A stretch of DNA of 64,000 nt from Candidatus Omnitrophota bacterium. GTDB taxonomy: Bacteria; Omnitrophota; Gorgyraeia; JAFGHF01. The translations under genes were made by a program, and so were the position numbers. Of the stretch, positions 1-9,473 are shown in pieces (positions within the stretch are counted from its first letter, which is position 1; the number at the start of each line of letters is the position of its first letter). The stretch is from assembly GCA_020341815.1 (NCBI GenBank), contig CP070837.1:1474607-1538606 (forward strand), given 5' to 3'. The notes beneath the pieces are model-generated. The model had not been told where the DNA came from and did no database searches. It was given only the letters and a program-made list of their open reading frames with translations.

Positions 1-414
1 TTAAAAGTCGAAATATTAAAAATACTTTATTTTTGGTCTCCGTTTGATTGGGAGATTGTCGGTTATGGTGTATATAATTTTATGTATGGATTTGTCTTGC
101 CCTTTTTTATTCTGGGGGTGTTTACTACCTTTAAAAGATTTAAAGAATTGCTGCCTGTTTATTTACCTATAGTTTACACCTTTCTTATTAGCTTAATAAC
201 TTATGGTTCGCCGAGATTCCGTTTGCCCGTTGAACCTTACATTATAATAATTGGAGCGTCAGGGATTATGTACTGCATCCATAATTTTTCTAAAAAAACT
301 TACGCTATGTTATTAATAAGCAGCTGCTTCTTATTGAATTTATTATTCTATTTCAAATCATATCATATAAAAATATTTGTCAGGTCCGTTATGGAAAAGG
401 CTTATCTTTGGTGA
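1..414 (+). CDS. C-terminal fragment (5' end off-window) of a polytopic GT-C membrane glycosyltransferase, ArnT/PMT_2-like
   Basis: The reading frame is open from position 1 with no stop before the Met at 82. The sequence is hydrophobic, and its C-terminal motif GSPRFRLPVEPYIIIIGASGI resembles the conserved C-terminus of ArnT/GT39/GT83-type enzymes. Confidence 0.45.
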   Translation, partial: LKVEILKILYFWSPFDWEIVGYGVYNFMYGFVLPFFILGVFTTFKRFKELLPVYLPIVYTFLISLITYGSPRFRLPVEPYIIIIGASGIMYCIHNFSKKTYAMLLISSCFLLNLLFYFKSYHIKIFVRSVMEKAYLW

Positions 415-420
415 GAGAGC

Positions 421-2091
421 ATGAAGAAAAATAATTTAATAGTTATCTCTATATACATACTTTTATTTCTATGGGGAATAACAGCGCTGACTCGCGGATT
501 TCCCGATACAGAGAGGTTCTTTTCGCACTACAGCGATGAGAGGCTTGTGCTTACGTCCATTATGAAGTTTGGCTCGCCTCGCGGCGAAGCGGGCACATTA
601 AATCTTGCCCCGACAAGCATTCTCCATCCGCCCCTTTACCATTACCTCACCTTTATCCCTATCGGCGCGTTCTTTGTCATTGGAAAGCTGACCGGTTTCT
701 TTTCCGACAAGGTTGACTTCGTGCGATTTTATTTTAACAATACCCAGTACTTCTTTTTGATAGGCAGGATAATGAGTTATATCTTCTTCTGGGCGGCCGC
801 AATAATGATATTCAAAATAGCGAGGTTATTCTACGACAAGACAGTTGCCCATATAACCACTTTTGCATATTTGTTAGTTCCGAAGTTTATTTTTGATTTT
901 TCCACTACGCGGCCCGATGCGCTATTGTTCCTGATGGTCTCTATCTTTCTATACTTATTTTTGAGGTATTGCTTAGACAACAAAAGAATAAGATATTTGT
1001 ATCTCTCGGCTTTTTTCGTGGGGGTTTCTACAGCAACTAAATACAACGCACTGTTTTTAGGTTTCATTTTTATTCCCGCGTTGCTTTACCAAATGAGGCA
1101 TCGAAATTACAAAAATATTTTGCCTTTATTGTCAAAAATTGCCTTCTTTATCTTTCTCGGATTTTTTATATGTAATCCATTTTTTATCATAAGATATAAA
1201 ACCTATGCCTATAATTTCTTTTTGTTTGTTACGGTGACGGTGCCAGATTGTTATAGCGGTTATGCGCGTTCTCTGTTTCTTTTAACCCGTATAAAGGATA
1301 TTAGCTCAACTTTCTACCTGAATCTTTTCGGTCTTTTGATATTGATTTTAGGTTGCCGGCATTTCTACAAGAGAAACAAAGAATTAGCTATATACCTGTT
1401 TTTTGTCTCCCTGGTGTTCGAGCTTTATTTTTCGCTGTATCATAAGGATTGTTCTCCGACATATTATCTAAATCCATTGCTCCCGATAGCTGCGTTGGTT
1501 TTTAGCGCGGGAGTTGATTTCACTCTTAGATTTAAGAGAAGATTGCTGCCAATTTCAATTATGTTTTTTGCAATTTTGTTCCTTAATCATTATTGGGTTC
1601 TAAGGGATTTGACCGCAAGGCCTGACTATTTGCAGAAAGCCAGAGCCTTTATTGAAAAAAACATCCCCGAATTTACGAATATATGCATTGTCTCTAATCG
1701 CAATCTGCCTCAATTGAATATGACCAGAGAATCCTACAATCATTTAATTCAAGCCGGAGCCCATGAAAATCACTATAAGGAAATGGATAATGATGAAAAT
1801 TATGACAGTATTTTTAGAGAATTAAGGATACAAAGCCTGACGAAAAAACCGCAGTATAATCTTATAAAATGGGACAAAAAAATAAAAGATGAGAAAGATC
1901 TTGTTGATTTCTTGAAAAAAAACAATATTAAATATGTTATTTCCGGCGGGGTATCTATGATTAACGGAAAACGATTGGAAGATACAAAAAGCGCCTTTTT
2001 AATGAGGACATTTGAGTCTCCGAATGGAAAAAAATACAATAGAGGCGGGGTATATTTATATAAAATTCACGAGAAAAAACTTTTTTATTGA
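421..2091 (+). CDS. Polytopic membrane glycosyltransferase of GT-C fold (ArnT/PMT-like, GT39/GT83 family) with a C-terminal soluble domain
   Basis: A 556-aa protein with an N-terminal half of 10 or more hydrophobic helices (FFWAAAIMIFKIARLFYDKT...FSTTRPDALLF, typical of the ArnT/PMT_2 loop region), followed by a roughly 170-aa hydrophilic C-terminus. A GAGAG Shine-Dalgarno sequence lies upstream. Confidence 0.5.
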   Translation: MKKNNLIVISIYILLFLWGITALTRGFPDTERFFSHYSDERLVLTSIMKFGSPRGEAGTLNLAPTSILHPPLYHYLTFIPIGAFFVIGKLTGFFSDKVDFVRFYFNNTQYFFLIGRIMSYIFFWAAAIMIFKIARLFYDKTVAHITTFAYLLVPKFIFDFSTTRPDALLFLMVSIFLYLFLRYCLDNKRIRYLYLSAFFVGVSTATKYNALFLGFIFIPALLYQMRHRNYKNILPLLSKIAFFIFLGFFICNPFFIIRYKTYAYNFFLFVTVTVPDCYSGYARSLFLLTRIKDISSTFYLNLFGLLILILGCRHFYKRNKELAIYLFFVSLVFELYFSLYHKDCSPTYYLNPLLPIAALVFSAGVDFTLRFKRRLLPISIMFFAILFLNHYWVLRDLTARPDYLQKARAFIEKNIPEFTNICIVSNRNLPQLNMTRESYNHLIQAGAHENHYKEMDNDENYDSIFRELRIQSLTKKPQYNLIKWDKKIKDEKDLVDFLKKNNIKYVISGGVSMINGKRLEDTKSAFLMRTFESPNGKKYNRGGVYLYKIHEKKLFY

Positions 2092-2101
2092 GAGCTGACC
2101 A

Positions 2102-3430
2102 TTGATAATAATTATTGCTTTTGGAGTTTTATTAGGACTATTGAATATTCTTTCTCCCGGTTCTATCTTTTGCCTATTTATGGGTTTTTTAATAATTTTG
2201 GCAATGCGTTCCTTGCGTCCAAAAGAAGATAGAGTTTTTCTAACGAAGATTTTTATTGCAGGAATTCTTGTGAGAGTCCTTTTATTGACATCCGCGCATT
2301 TTATATATGCATTTTTAGATAAATGGGAATATTACTATGAGAATATGAGAGCGATACGCCTTTTCGGAGATAGCGCTTTTACCACTGTGCGCAGCTGGTG
2401 GATTGCACAATATTTTTCCGGAACTCCCTTGAAGGATTTGGTGTTTCAGAGTACATTCGGCGATTATGGCCATAGCGGCTATCTATATATTATGGGTTTG
2501 TATTATTATCTATTCGGATTTAGCCCGGTAAGTGTCAGCTTAATTAATTGCATTGCCAGTGTTCTTACGGGTATTCTTTTTTATTTTATGGCTAAGGAAA
2601 TTGCAGGGATAAAGCAAGCAAAGATAGTTGCCTCCCTGGTGATTTTTTTCCCCAGCCTAATCCTTTGGTCGATAACAAATTTGAAAGATTCGATGTTTAT
2701 CTTTTTCACAGCTGTAATTCTATGGGCATTTATGCAGGTAACAATAATTAAAAAAAATGGATATTTAATTTTGCTTATTGCAGCCGCATTTTTACAAGCC
2801 TCTTTTCGTAAATATATTTTTATACCTACAATTGCAATATTGGGACTTAGTTATCTGATAATGAAAAAGAAGACCAAATATATTCTTCTGGTAGCATCAG
2901 TTCTTATAGTAACTTTGCTCGTTACAAAATTTGATTTAAGAGAACCGATATACAAACTCATTGGTTATCACCGGGGTGTTGTTCATAGCGGCGGTTTTGT
3001 CTACCGTTTATTTGATGACTGGATTTATCAACGGGGCAGCCCTATCGCAGAACTGAGTAATTTGAGCATAATTAAAGGTCTGTTCAAAGGATGGTTTCAT
3101 TTCCTGCTTGAGCCTTTTCCATGGAAAATATCCTCAACCTTTAGCATTTTAGCTTTTCCTCAGATGATAGTTTGGTATTTTCTTTTACCTTTTAGTATTA
3201 TCGGCCTTTTTTTCCAATTAAGGCATAACTGGCAGAAAAGCCTCGTTTTTATAATGTATTTTTTGTCTATAGGAAGCATTCTAATATTAACAGGGGGCAA
3301 TGTAGGCACAGATTTTAGATTTAGAGATATATTAACATCCATTTTTATTTTATTTGCAGGAATAGGAATTTGCAGAATATTTTGCCTAGAACAAAAAGGC
3401 TTGGCTTCAGGAGCAATGGAGAAAAGATAA
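2102..3430 (+). CDS. Polytopic membrane protein, probable second GT-C glycosyltransferase or oligosaccharide polymerase/ligase
   Basis: A 442-aa protein that is almost entirely transmembrane helices, with a TTG start. The loop FPSLILWSITNLKDSMFIFF resembles the PMT/ArnT family. Its function is inferred only from topology and genomic context. Confidence 0.4.
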   Translation: MIIIIAFGVLLGLLNILSPGSIFCLFMGFLIILAMRSLRPKEDRVFLTKIFIAGILVRVLLLTSAHFIYAFLDKWEYYYENMRAIRLFGDSAFTTVRSWWIAQYFSGTPLKDLVFQSTFGDYGHSGYLYIMGLYYYLFGFSPVSVSLINCIASVLTGILFYFMAKEIAGIKQAKIVASLVIFFPSLILWSITNLKDSMFIFFTAVILWAFMQVTIIKKNGYLILLIAAAFLQASFRKYIFIPTIAILGLSYLIMKKKTKYILLVASVLIVTLLVTKFDLREPIYKLIGYHRGVVHSGGFVYRLFDDWIYQRGSPIAELSNLSIIKGLFKGWFHFLLEPFPWKISSTFSILAFPQMIVWYFLLPFSIIGLFFQLRHNWQKSLVFIMYFLSIGSILILTGGNVGTDFRFRDILTSIFILFAGIGICRIFCLEQKGLASGAMEKR

Positions 3431-3436
3431 AAATAT

Positions 3437-4894
3437 ATGCGCTTTAAACGAGTGATTCTGGTAAACCCTTATTATTCGAATAGCATATTTACTATGCCTG
3501 TTTTACCTACAGGTTTAGGTTATATTGCAGAAGTTTTGAAGAAAAATAAAATCGACTACAGGGTGGTAGATTTAATGCTGGGCCACAGGCCGCATTTTTT
3601 AAGAAAACAAATATATGATTTTCGGCCCGATTTAGTAGCTTTCTCTATGATGAGCTTTATGTATAAAGATATATACGGAATGATCGGGAAAGTAAAGGAT
3701 GAGTTTTCCGATGTGAAGACCCTGGTCGGGGGCCCGCATATTTCCAGCTGCGGCGGGAGTGTCTTGGAAGAATGCGAAGCTATTGATTTCGGAATAACCC
3801 AGGAAGGCGAGGAGACCATCGAAGATTTATGCCGGCAAACGGATTTTCCGGATATAAAAAGCCTTATTTATCGGGATAACGGGACGATAAAGGTTACAGA
3901 GCCAAGGAAACCGATTGAGGATTTGGACTCTTTAGCCTTCCCCAGGTATGAAAATTTCGAGTTAAATAAATATGGCTTTGGGATAGGCATAGTTTCATCC
4001 AGGGGATGCCCTTATAAATGCATCTTTTGTTCGGCCCACGCTATTAGAAAGGAATACAGGACAAGAAGCCCGAAAAATGTAGTGGATGAGATGGAATACT
4101 GGTATAAGAAGGGATATCGCGAATTCGACTTGCAGGAAGACAACCCCACCTTTAATAAGGCCAGGGCATTTGAGCTTTGCGATGAAATAGAGAGAAGACG
4201 CCTTAGGGATTTGGTCATAATGTGCGGAAACGGCGTCAGGGCCGACAGGGTCGATAGAAAATTATTGACCAGAATGAAGGAAGTAGGATTTAAGAGATTG
4301 GCTTTTGGAGTAGAGGCAGGCAACAACAAGGTTTTGGCAAGCCTTAAGAAAGGGGAGAAGATCGAGGCGATAAAGGAAGCGATACAAACTGCGTGTGAGC
4401 TGGGATTCTTTGTCAGCATATTTTTTGTTGTCGGCTCTCCTTCCGAAACTGTCAAGGATGTAGAGGATTCCATCGATATAGCGCTGTCTTATGCGGTTTC
4501 CAATGTCAGCTTCTACAACCTGATTCCCTTTCCCGGAACAGAGTTATTTAATTGGGTCGAAAAGAACAATTATTTTATTACTCCCCCGGAGTTATATCTC
4601 AACCAGGGCGGACGCATCCAGATGGGGACAACGCCGGTTTTTGAGACTCCTGAATTTCCGGCCGAAGAGAGAAGGCGCCTCCTTAAAAAAACAAAAAGCA
4701 TCGAAAGGCATATTAAGAAAAACATTATTAATAAAAAACTGATTAAATTGTACCCTTTGAATAAGCTGATTGCCTGGATATGCAGTCTGCAGTTACTCAA
4801 ATATATGGAAGATAAGCTTACTCATTATGAAATATTCAGGCGGACCATCGGAGCGATTAGAACTAAAATCAGGCTTTTCTTCTATAAAACGTAA
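3437..4894 (+). CDS. B12-binding (class B) radical SAM enzyme, probable C-methyltransferase or related
   Basis: The N-terminus has a Rossmann-like cobalamin-binding module (RVILVNPYY...GLGYIAEVLKK...VGGPHIS). It is followed by the radical SAM motif GCPYKCIFCSAH (CxxxCxxC) and the elongated C-terminus typical of this class. Confidence 0.8.
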   Translation: MRFKRVILVNPYYSNSIFTMPVLPTGLGYIAEVLKKNKIDYRVVDLMLGHRPHFLRKQIYDFRPDLVAFSMMSFMYKDIYGMIGKVKDEFSDVKTLVGGPHISSCGGSVLEECEAIDFGITQEGEETIEDLCRQTDFPDIKSLIYRDNGTIKVTEPRKPIEDLDSLAFPRYENFELNKYGFGIGIVSSRGCPYKCIFCSAHAIRKEYRTRSPKNVVDEMEYWYKKGYREFDLQEDNPTFNKARAFELCDEIERRRLRDLVIMCGNGVRADRVDRKLLTRMKEVGFKRLAFGVEAGNNKVLASLKKGEKIEAIKEAIQTACELGFFVSIFFVVGSPSETVKDVEDSIDIALSYAVSNVSFYNLIPFPGTELFNWVEKNNYFITPPELYLNQGGRIQMGTTPVFETPEFPAEERRRLLKKTKSIERHIKKNIINKKLIKLYPLNKLIAWICSLQLLKYMEDKLTHYEIFRRTIGAIRTKIRLFFYKT

Positions 4895-4909
4895 ACTAAG
4901 GAATTTAAT

Positions 4910-6130
4910 ATGAAGGTTCTCTATATTTCCTATGACGGCGCTGCCGAGCCCATACCTCAATCCCAGGTTTTGACATATTTGAAAGAAATAAATAAAAAGG
5001 GTGTCGCTTTCTATTGGCTTTCCTTTGAGAAGAGGGATTCCCCTTTAAGATCGGCAGAGAAGCGCAAGGCCTTCAGGGAAGAGTTGTTGAAAAGCAATAT
5101 CAGGTGGTTTAGCCTGCCTTATCACAAAAGGCCTTATTTATTGGCAAAGATATTCGATATCTTAAGCGGCATACTTTATAGCTCTTACCTGGTAATCAGG
5201 TGTAAAATAAATATCGTCCATGGAAGAGGAGAAGTTTCATCCTTTATGTGCCTCATCTTAAAGAAATGCCTCTTTAAATTAAAGTTTATTTATGACCGTA
5301 GAGGATATATGGCTGAAGACTATGTGGAAGGGGGCATGTGGAAGGGCCGTGGGAGCCCTTTTTACAGGCTTTTAAAATTTATAGATAAAAGTTTACTGTC
5401 GTCTTCCGATGCGGTAGTCGTCCTTACCGAAAGAATAAAGAAAATCTTGATTGGAGAGAATGACAAAATTGCGGATAAGATTTCTACTATACCCTGTTGT
5501 GTTGATTTGAAAAAATTCAGATATAATTCATCGAAAAATATAAAACTGTTAACGGATTTAAAGCTGCAGGATAAGTTTGTTTTCATTTACCTCGGCTCTT
5601 TGGGGACCTGGTATTTATTGAATGAGATGGTAGACTTCTTCATCTTAGCCAAAAGGCAAATCCCCAATGCCCATTTTTTGATATTGTCTATGTCAGAACA
5701 CAGTGTTGTCAGAGATGTTTTCTTTCGCAAGAGCCAAACAGAGGAGGATTTTACATTATTGAAAAGCCCGCCGGGCCTGGTGCAAAATTATATCTCTTTA
5801 GCCGATGCGGCCTTAATATTCATTAAGCCGGTGTTTTCAAAGCTGTCTTCGTCTCCTACTAAATTTGCCGAGTGCCTTTCTTGCGGGCTGCCGGTCGTTA
5901 TCAACTCCAATATAGGCGATTGCGACGAATTAATCAGGCCTAATAGAATTGGAGTAATCGTAGATAAGTTCGATAACCATGGCTACCAAAAGGCCCTGGA
6001 GAAATTAAAGGGATTAATGGATGAAGGGCAGATACTTCGTCAGAGATGCCGCAAGGTAGCTGAAGACTTTTATCCTCTAAGCTTAGGAGCTGAAAAATAT
6101 TGGCGCCTTTACCGAAAGATTACATCTTAA
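4910..6130 (+). CDS. Glycosyltransferase, GT-B fold (GT4/group 1 family)
   Basis: A 406-aa protein whose C-terminal donor-binding motif (PTKFAECLSCGLPVVINSNIGDCDELIRPNRIGVIV) is typical of GT4 enzymes. Confidence 0.7.
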   Translation: MKVLYISYDGAAEPIPQSQVLTYLKEINKKGVAFYWLSFEKRDSPLRSAEKRKAFREELLKSNIRWFSLPYHKRPYLLAKIFDILSGILYSSYLVIRCKINIVHGRGEVSSFMCLILKKCLFKLKFIYDRRGYMAEDYVEGGMWKGRGSPFYRLLKFIDKSLLSSSDAVVVLTERIKKILIGENDKIADKISTIPCCVDLKKFRYNSSKNIKLLTDLKLQDKFVFIYLGSLGTWYLLNEMVDFFILAKRQIPNAHFLILSMSEHSVVRDVFFRKSQTEEDFTLLKSPPGLVQNYISLADAALIFIKPVFSKLSSSPTKFAECLSCGLPVVINSNIGDCDELIRPNRIGVIVDKFDNHGYQKALEKLKGLMDEGQILRQRCRKVAEDFYPLSLGAEKYWRLYRKITS

Positions 6131-6153
6131 TGAGGCAGGAGCGCAGTTAAATT

Positions 6154-7065
6154 ATGAAGTATTTAATTACGGGCGCAAATGGGATGCTGGCAAGTGCCCT
6201 CTGTCCGATTTTGACTGAGAGAGGCAACGAAGTTATTTCAACCGATATAAATGCTCCAGAGATGAATGCTCTGGATGTCCGTGATTCCGAAGGAGTTATG
6301 TCTTTCTTCAGAAAGAACAGGCCTGAGGTAGTAATGCATCTTGCCGCGGCAACCGATATGGATATGTGCCAGAAAAACCCTGAAGATACCTATGCCATAA
6401 ACGCCAGAGGAGTTAGGAATGTTGCCTGCGCCTGTAAAGAGGTTAGCGCCGAGATGGTTTATGTAAGCACCGGAGCGGTCTTTGACGGCAAAAAAGATGG
6501 ACCCTATATTGAGTCAGATAGAACTAACCCCTTGAATATCTATGGAGAGACTAAATTGGCGGGAGAGCATTTCCTGCAGGATATTTTAAAGAAGCATTAT
6601 ATATTCAGAGCGGGCTGGATTATAGGTGGATTTGAAAAAGATATAAAATTTGTGGGTAAAACATTGGAGCTTTTGAGAACCAGAAAAGAGCTGAACATGG
6701 TCAGCGACCGCTTTGGCAGCCCTACTTGTGTAGAAGACTTCTCAAGGAACATGCTTAAGATAGTTGAGGCTGGCTTGTATGGCCTGTACCATCTGGTCAA
6801 TAAAGGAGGGTGCTCCAGATACGATATGGCTAAGAAAATAGTGAATTTTTTAGGAAGAGACGATATTAAAATAACTCCTATACGGAATATAGATTACCCT
6901 TCAGTTACTCCCCGGGCCAGAACGGAGATAATGACTAATCACAAGCTGCAAGAGGCGGGAATGGATGATATGGTTTCCTGGGAAAAAGCTCTTCATAACT
7001 ATTTAGAGAAGCTTAAAAGCAAAAAGTTATTAGATAGAGTTATGTTAGGAGATGGGGTTGCATGA
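6154..7065 (+). CDS. rmlD: dTDP-4-dehydrorhamnose reductase family (RmlD-like) NAD(P)-dependent 4-keto-6-deoxy-sugar reductase
   Basis: A 303-aa protein with a Rossmann start (LITGANGMLASAL). NIYGETKLAGE matches the RmlD NVYGKTKLAGE motif (YxxxK), and DRFGSPT and GLYHLV match the RmlD DQYGAPT and GLYHLV motifs. Confidence 0.8.
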   Translation: MKYLITGANGMLASALCPILTERGNEVISTDINAPEMNALDVRDSEGVMSFFRKNRPEVVMHLAAATDMDMCQKNPEDTYAINARGVRNVACACKEVSAEMVYVSTGAVFDGKKDGPYIESDRTNPLNIYGETKLAGEHFLQDILKKHYIFRAGWIIGGFEKDIKFVGKTLELLRTRKELNMVSDRFGSPTCVEDFSRNMLKIVEAGLYGLYHLVNKGGCSRYDMAKKIVNFLGRDDIKITPIRNIDYPSVTPRARTEIMTNHKLQEAGMDDMVSWEKALHNYLEKLKSKKLLDRVMLGDGVA

Positions 7066-8156
7066 GGCTAAGCCCGATTAGAAGGTATCTAAAAGTTTTA
7101 TTATCATATTACTTCGGCGTTCCTCTTTATCAGCCTGAGAGCGTATCTTTAGTCATAACCGATAAATGTAACCTGAGGTGCAAAACTTGTGAATACTGGA
7201 ATCAGAAGAGTAAGGATAAGAATTTCTTGAGCCTGCAAGACTGCGAAGAGTTGTTTAGTGAGCTGGCCGGCTGCGGTGTGCGGCAGATACAATTTACCGG
7301 AGGAGAGCCTTTGTTAAGGCCTGACCTCTTCAGCATATTTCATGCGGCAAAATCTAACGGCCTTGAAATAACGCTTCTAACAAACGGCACCTTAATAAAT
7401 GAAAAGAATTGCGAAGCTATAGTTGATCTGGTGGATTCTATAAATATTTCCCTGGACAGCCCTCACTCTGAGGTTCATGACTCTATCAGGGCAATTGCAG
7501 GAACTTTTGAGAGGGCGACAGAGGCTATCCGGCTTCTTTCGGGGGCCCGGAAGAGGAAAGATAAGCAAGTAGAAATTACAGTTTGCGCTACTATAAGTAT
7601 GATGAGTTTGCATAACCCTGCGGAGATGTTAGCTTTAATAAAGGAGCTGGGCGCGGATAGGTTGATATATAATCCGGCCAGCGCAGGCTCTTATGGATAC
7701 AGCAGCTTGAAGAGCGATTTTGCCAACGAAACGATGAAGATGGGAAGATATGATGAGATGGTGGACAAAATAATCGGGCTTATGAATGGGAATGGGAGCC
7801 TCATTAAGAGCAACCCCTTCTATCTGCAGAGCTCAAAGAGATTCCTAAGAGGCGATAGGCGATATTCTTATTTTCCGTGTTACAGCGCAGGATATAACGG
7901 CCCCCTGGTAAATTATGACGGTGAGGTTTTTCCATGTTGTGTTTGGAATGTTTCTTTGGGGAATATAAGAGAAAAGCCTTTTTCTCGCATCTGGAAATCG
8001 GAAAGAACCAGACTCATCAGGAAGCGAATAAAAGATAAGGATTGCCCTATGTGTTACCATCATACGCGCACATTTGATTATATCGTGCATTCGCCGTTTT
8101 TGATTAGGAACCCCGTGGGCCTATGTAAAGGGTATCTTAAATTATTCAGATCATAA
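7062..8156 (+). CDS. Radical SAM enzyme with C-terminal SPASM/twitch-like auxiliary cysteine cluster
   Basis: The motif CNLRCKTCEYW (CxxxCxxC) lies near the N-terminus, and C-terminal Cys clusters are present (FPCYSAGYNG...FPCCVWN, CPMCYHH). It overlaps the upstream gene with an ATGA junction. Confidence 0.75.
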   Translation: MRLSPIRRYLKVLLSYYFGVPLYQPESVSLVITDKCNLRCKTCEYWNQKSKDKNFLSLQDCEELFSELAGCGVRQIQFTGGEPLLRPDLFSIFHAAKSNGLEITLLTNGTLINEKNCEAIVDLVDSINISLDSPHSEVHDSIRAIAGTFERATEAIRLLSGARKRKDKQVEITVCATISMMSLHNPAEMLALIKELGADRLIYNPASAGSYGYSSLKSDFANETMKMGRYDEMVDKIIGLMNGNGSLIKSNPFYLQSSKRFLRGDRRYSYFPCYSAGYNGPLVNYDGEVFPCCVWNVSLGNIREKPFSRIWKSERTRLIRKRIKDKDCPMCYHHTRTFDYIVHSPFLIRNPVGLCKGYLKLFRS

Positions 8157-8159
8157 ACT

Positions 8160-9473
8160 ATGAACGATAAAACGAAATTAGTGATATTAGGTGGAGGATT
8201 GGCGGGCTTAAGCGCCGCATATCATAGCGGCGGCTCAATCTATGAGAAAGAGCCTGCCGCAGGAGGGCTTTGCAGGTCCGAGCGGATTGACGGCTATACC
8301 TTTGACAGGGGTTCGCATATATTTCACGGCAGGGATCCCTATGTTTTAAATCTTTTGGAGAACGCCTTAGGCATAACTTTTAAGATGCAGTCGCGTTCCT
8401 GCTGGATTTATTCCCACGGCGTCTACACCAAGTATCCCTTTCAGGTAAACACATACGGTTTGGCGGAAAATGTGGTCCAGGATTGCCTGAGGGGATTTAG
8501 AGAGGTATGCCATAAGCCCAGAAAGAAAGAATTCGATAATTATCGGGATTGGATATATGCAACCTTCGGCAAAGGCATTGCCGAACATTTTTACATTCCC
8601 CACAGCGAGAAATTCTGGACTATTCCCGTAGAGGAGATGACTACGGATTGGCTGGATGTACGGGTGCCTATACCGAAGCTTGAGGATGTAGTCAGGGGCG
8701 CCGAATCTTATCAGACAAGGGAGTTCGGGCCTAATGCGCAATTCAGGTATCCCCGGGAGGAAGGAATGGGGAGATTACCCAGAGGCTTTTTAACAAAAGA
8801 TCTGCAGATAAGACCGGAAAAAGAAGCGGTATCCATAGATACGCACAATAAAACGATAGAATTTTCCGATGGAGAAAAGACAGATTATGAAATCCTGGTT
8901 TCCACCATTCCTGTGCCGGAGCTTATCCGATTGTTGAAGGATGTGCCCCCTGAAATTAAAAAATCAGCGGAAGGCTTAAGGTGCAACTCTATATTTTGTG
9001 TTTATATAGGAATAGAAAAAGAAAATCTAACCGATAATCACTGGGTATATTTTCCGGAAGATGAATTTCCCTTTTTCAGGATAAGCTTTCCTATGAATCT
9101 GTCGCCTTATTGCGCACCGAAGAATAGAAGCTCTATTCTGGCAGAGGTCCCTTATTCTAAATATCGGCCGATAGATAGGTCTAAAATAATAGATTCCGTT
9201 ATAGAGGCTTTGATAAGGGCTGAAATCCTGCAGAAAACCGATAAGATTGACAAGGTAGGCTCTTACGATATTGTATATGGATACCCTATATATGACCATA
9301 GCCGTAAAGACAATGTCTTCAGATTGGAGCGATATCTTAAGGAAAAATCGATACTCATCGCAGGAAGATACGGCAGGTGGGAATACCAGTGGATGCATGA
9401 CGCCATCCTGGATGGCAAGAGAGTCGCGGAAGAGGCAGATAAACTAAGCAGTGAGTGGGCCTATGGAAGATAA
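8160..9473 (+). CDS. FAD/NAD(P)-binding oxidoreductase (amine-oxidase/UDP-galactopyranose-mutase-like superfamily)
   Basis: An N-terminal dinucleotide-binding motif (LVILGGGLAGLSAAYH) is followed by ...EKEPAAGGLCRS...GYTFDRGSHIFH, typical of flavin-dependent PPOX/UGM-like proteins. Confidence 0.55.
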   Translation: MNDKTKLVILGGGLAGLSAAYHSGGSIYEKEPAAGGLCRSERIDGYTFDRGSHIFHGRDPYVLNLLENALGITFKMQSRSCWIYSHGVYTKYPFQVNTYGLAENVVQDCLRGFREVCHKPRKKEFDNYRDWIYATFGKGIAEHFYIPHSEKFWTIPVEEMTTDWLDVRVPIPKLEDVVRGAESYQTREFGPNAQFRYPREEGMGRLPRGFLTKDLQIRPEKEAVSIDTHNKTIEFSDGEKTDYEILVSTIPVPELIRLLKDVPPEIKKSAEGLRCNSIFCVYIGIEKENLTDNHWVYFPEDEFPFFRISFPMNLSPYCAPKNRSSILAEVPYSKYRPIDRSKIIDSVIEALIRAEILQKTDKIDKVGSYDIVYGYPIYDHSRKDNVFRLERYLKEKSILIAGRYGRWEYQWMHDAILDGKRVAEEADKLSSEWAYGR

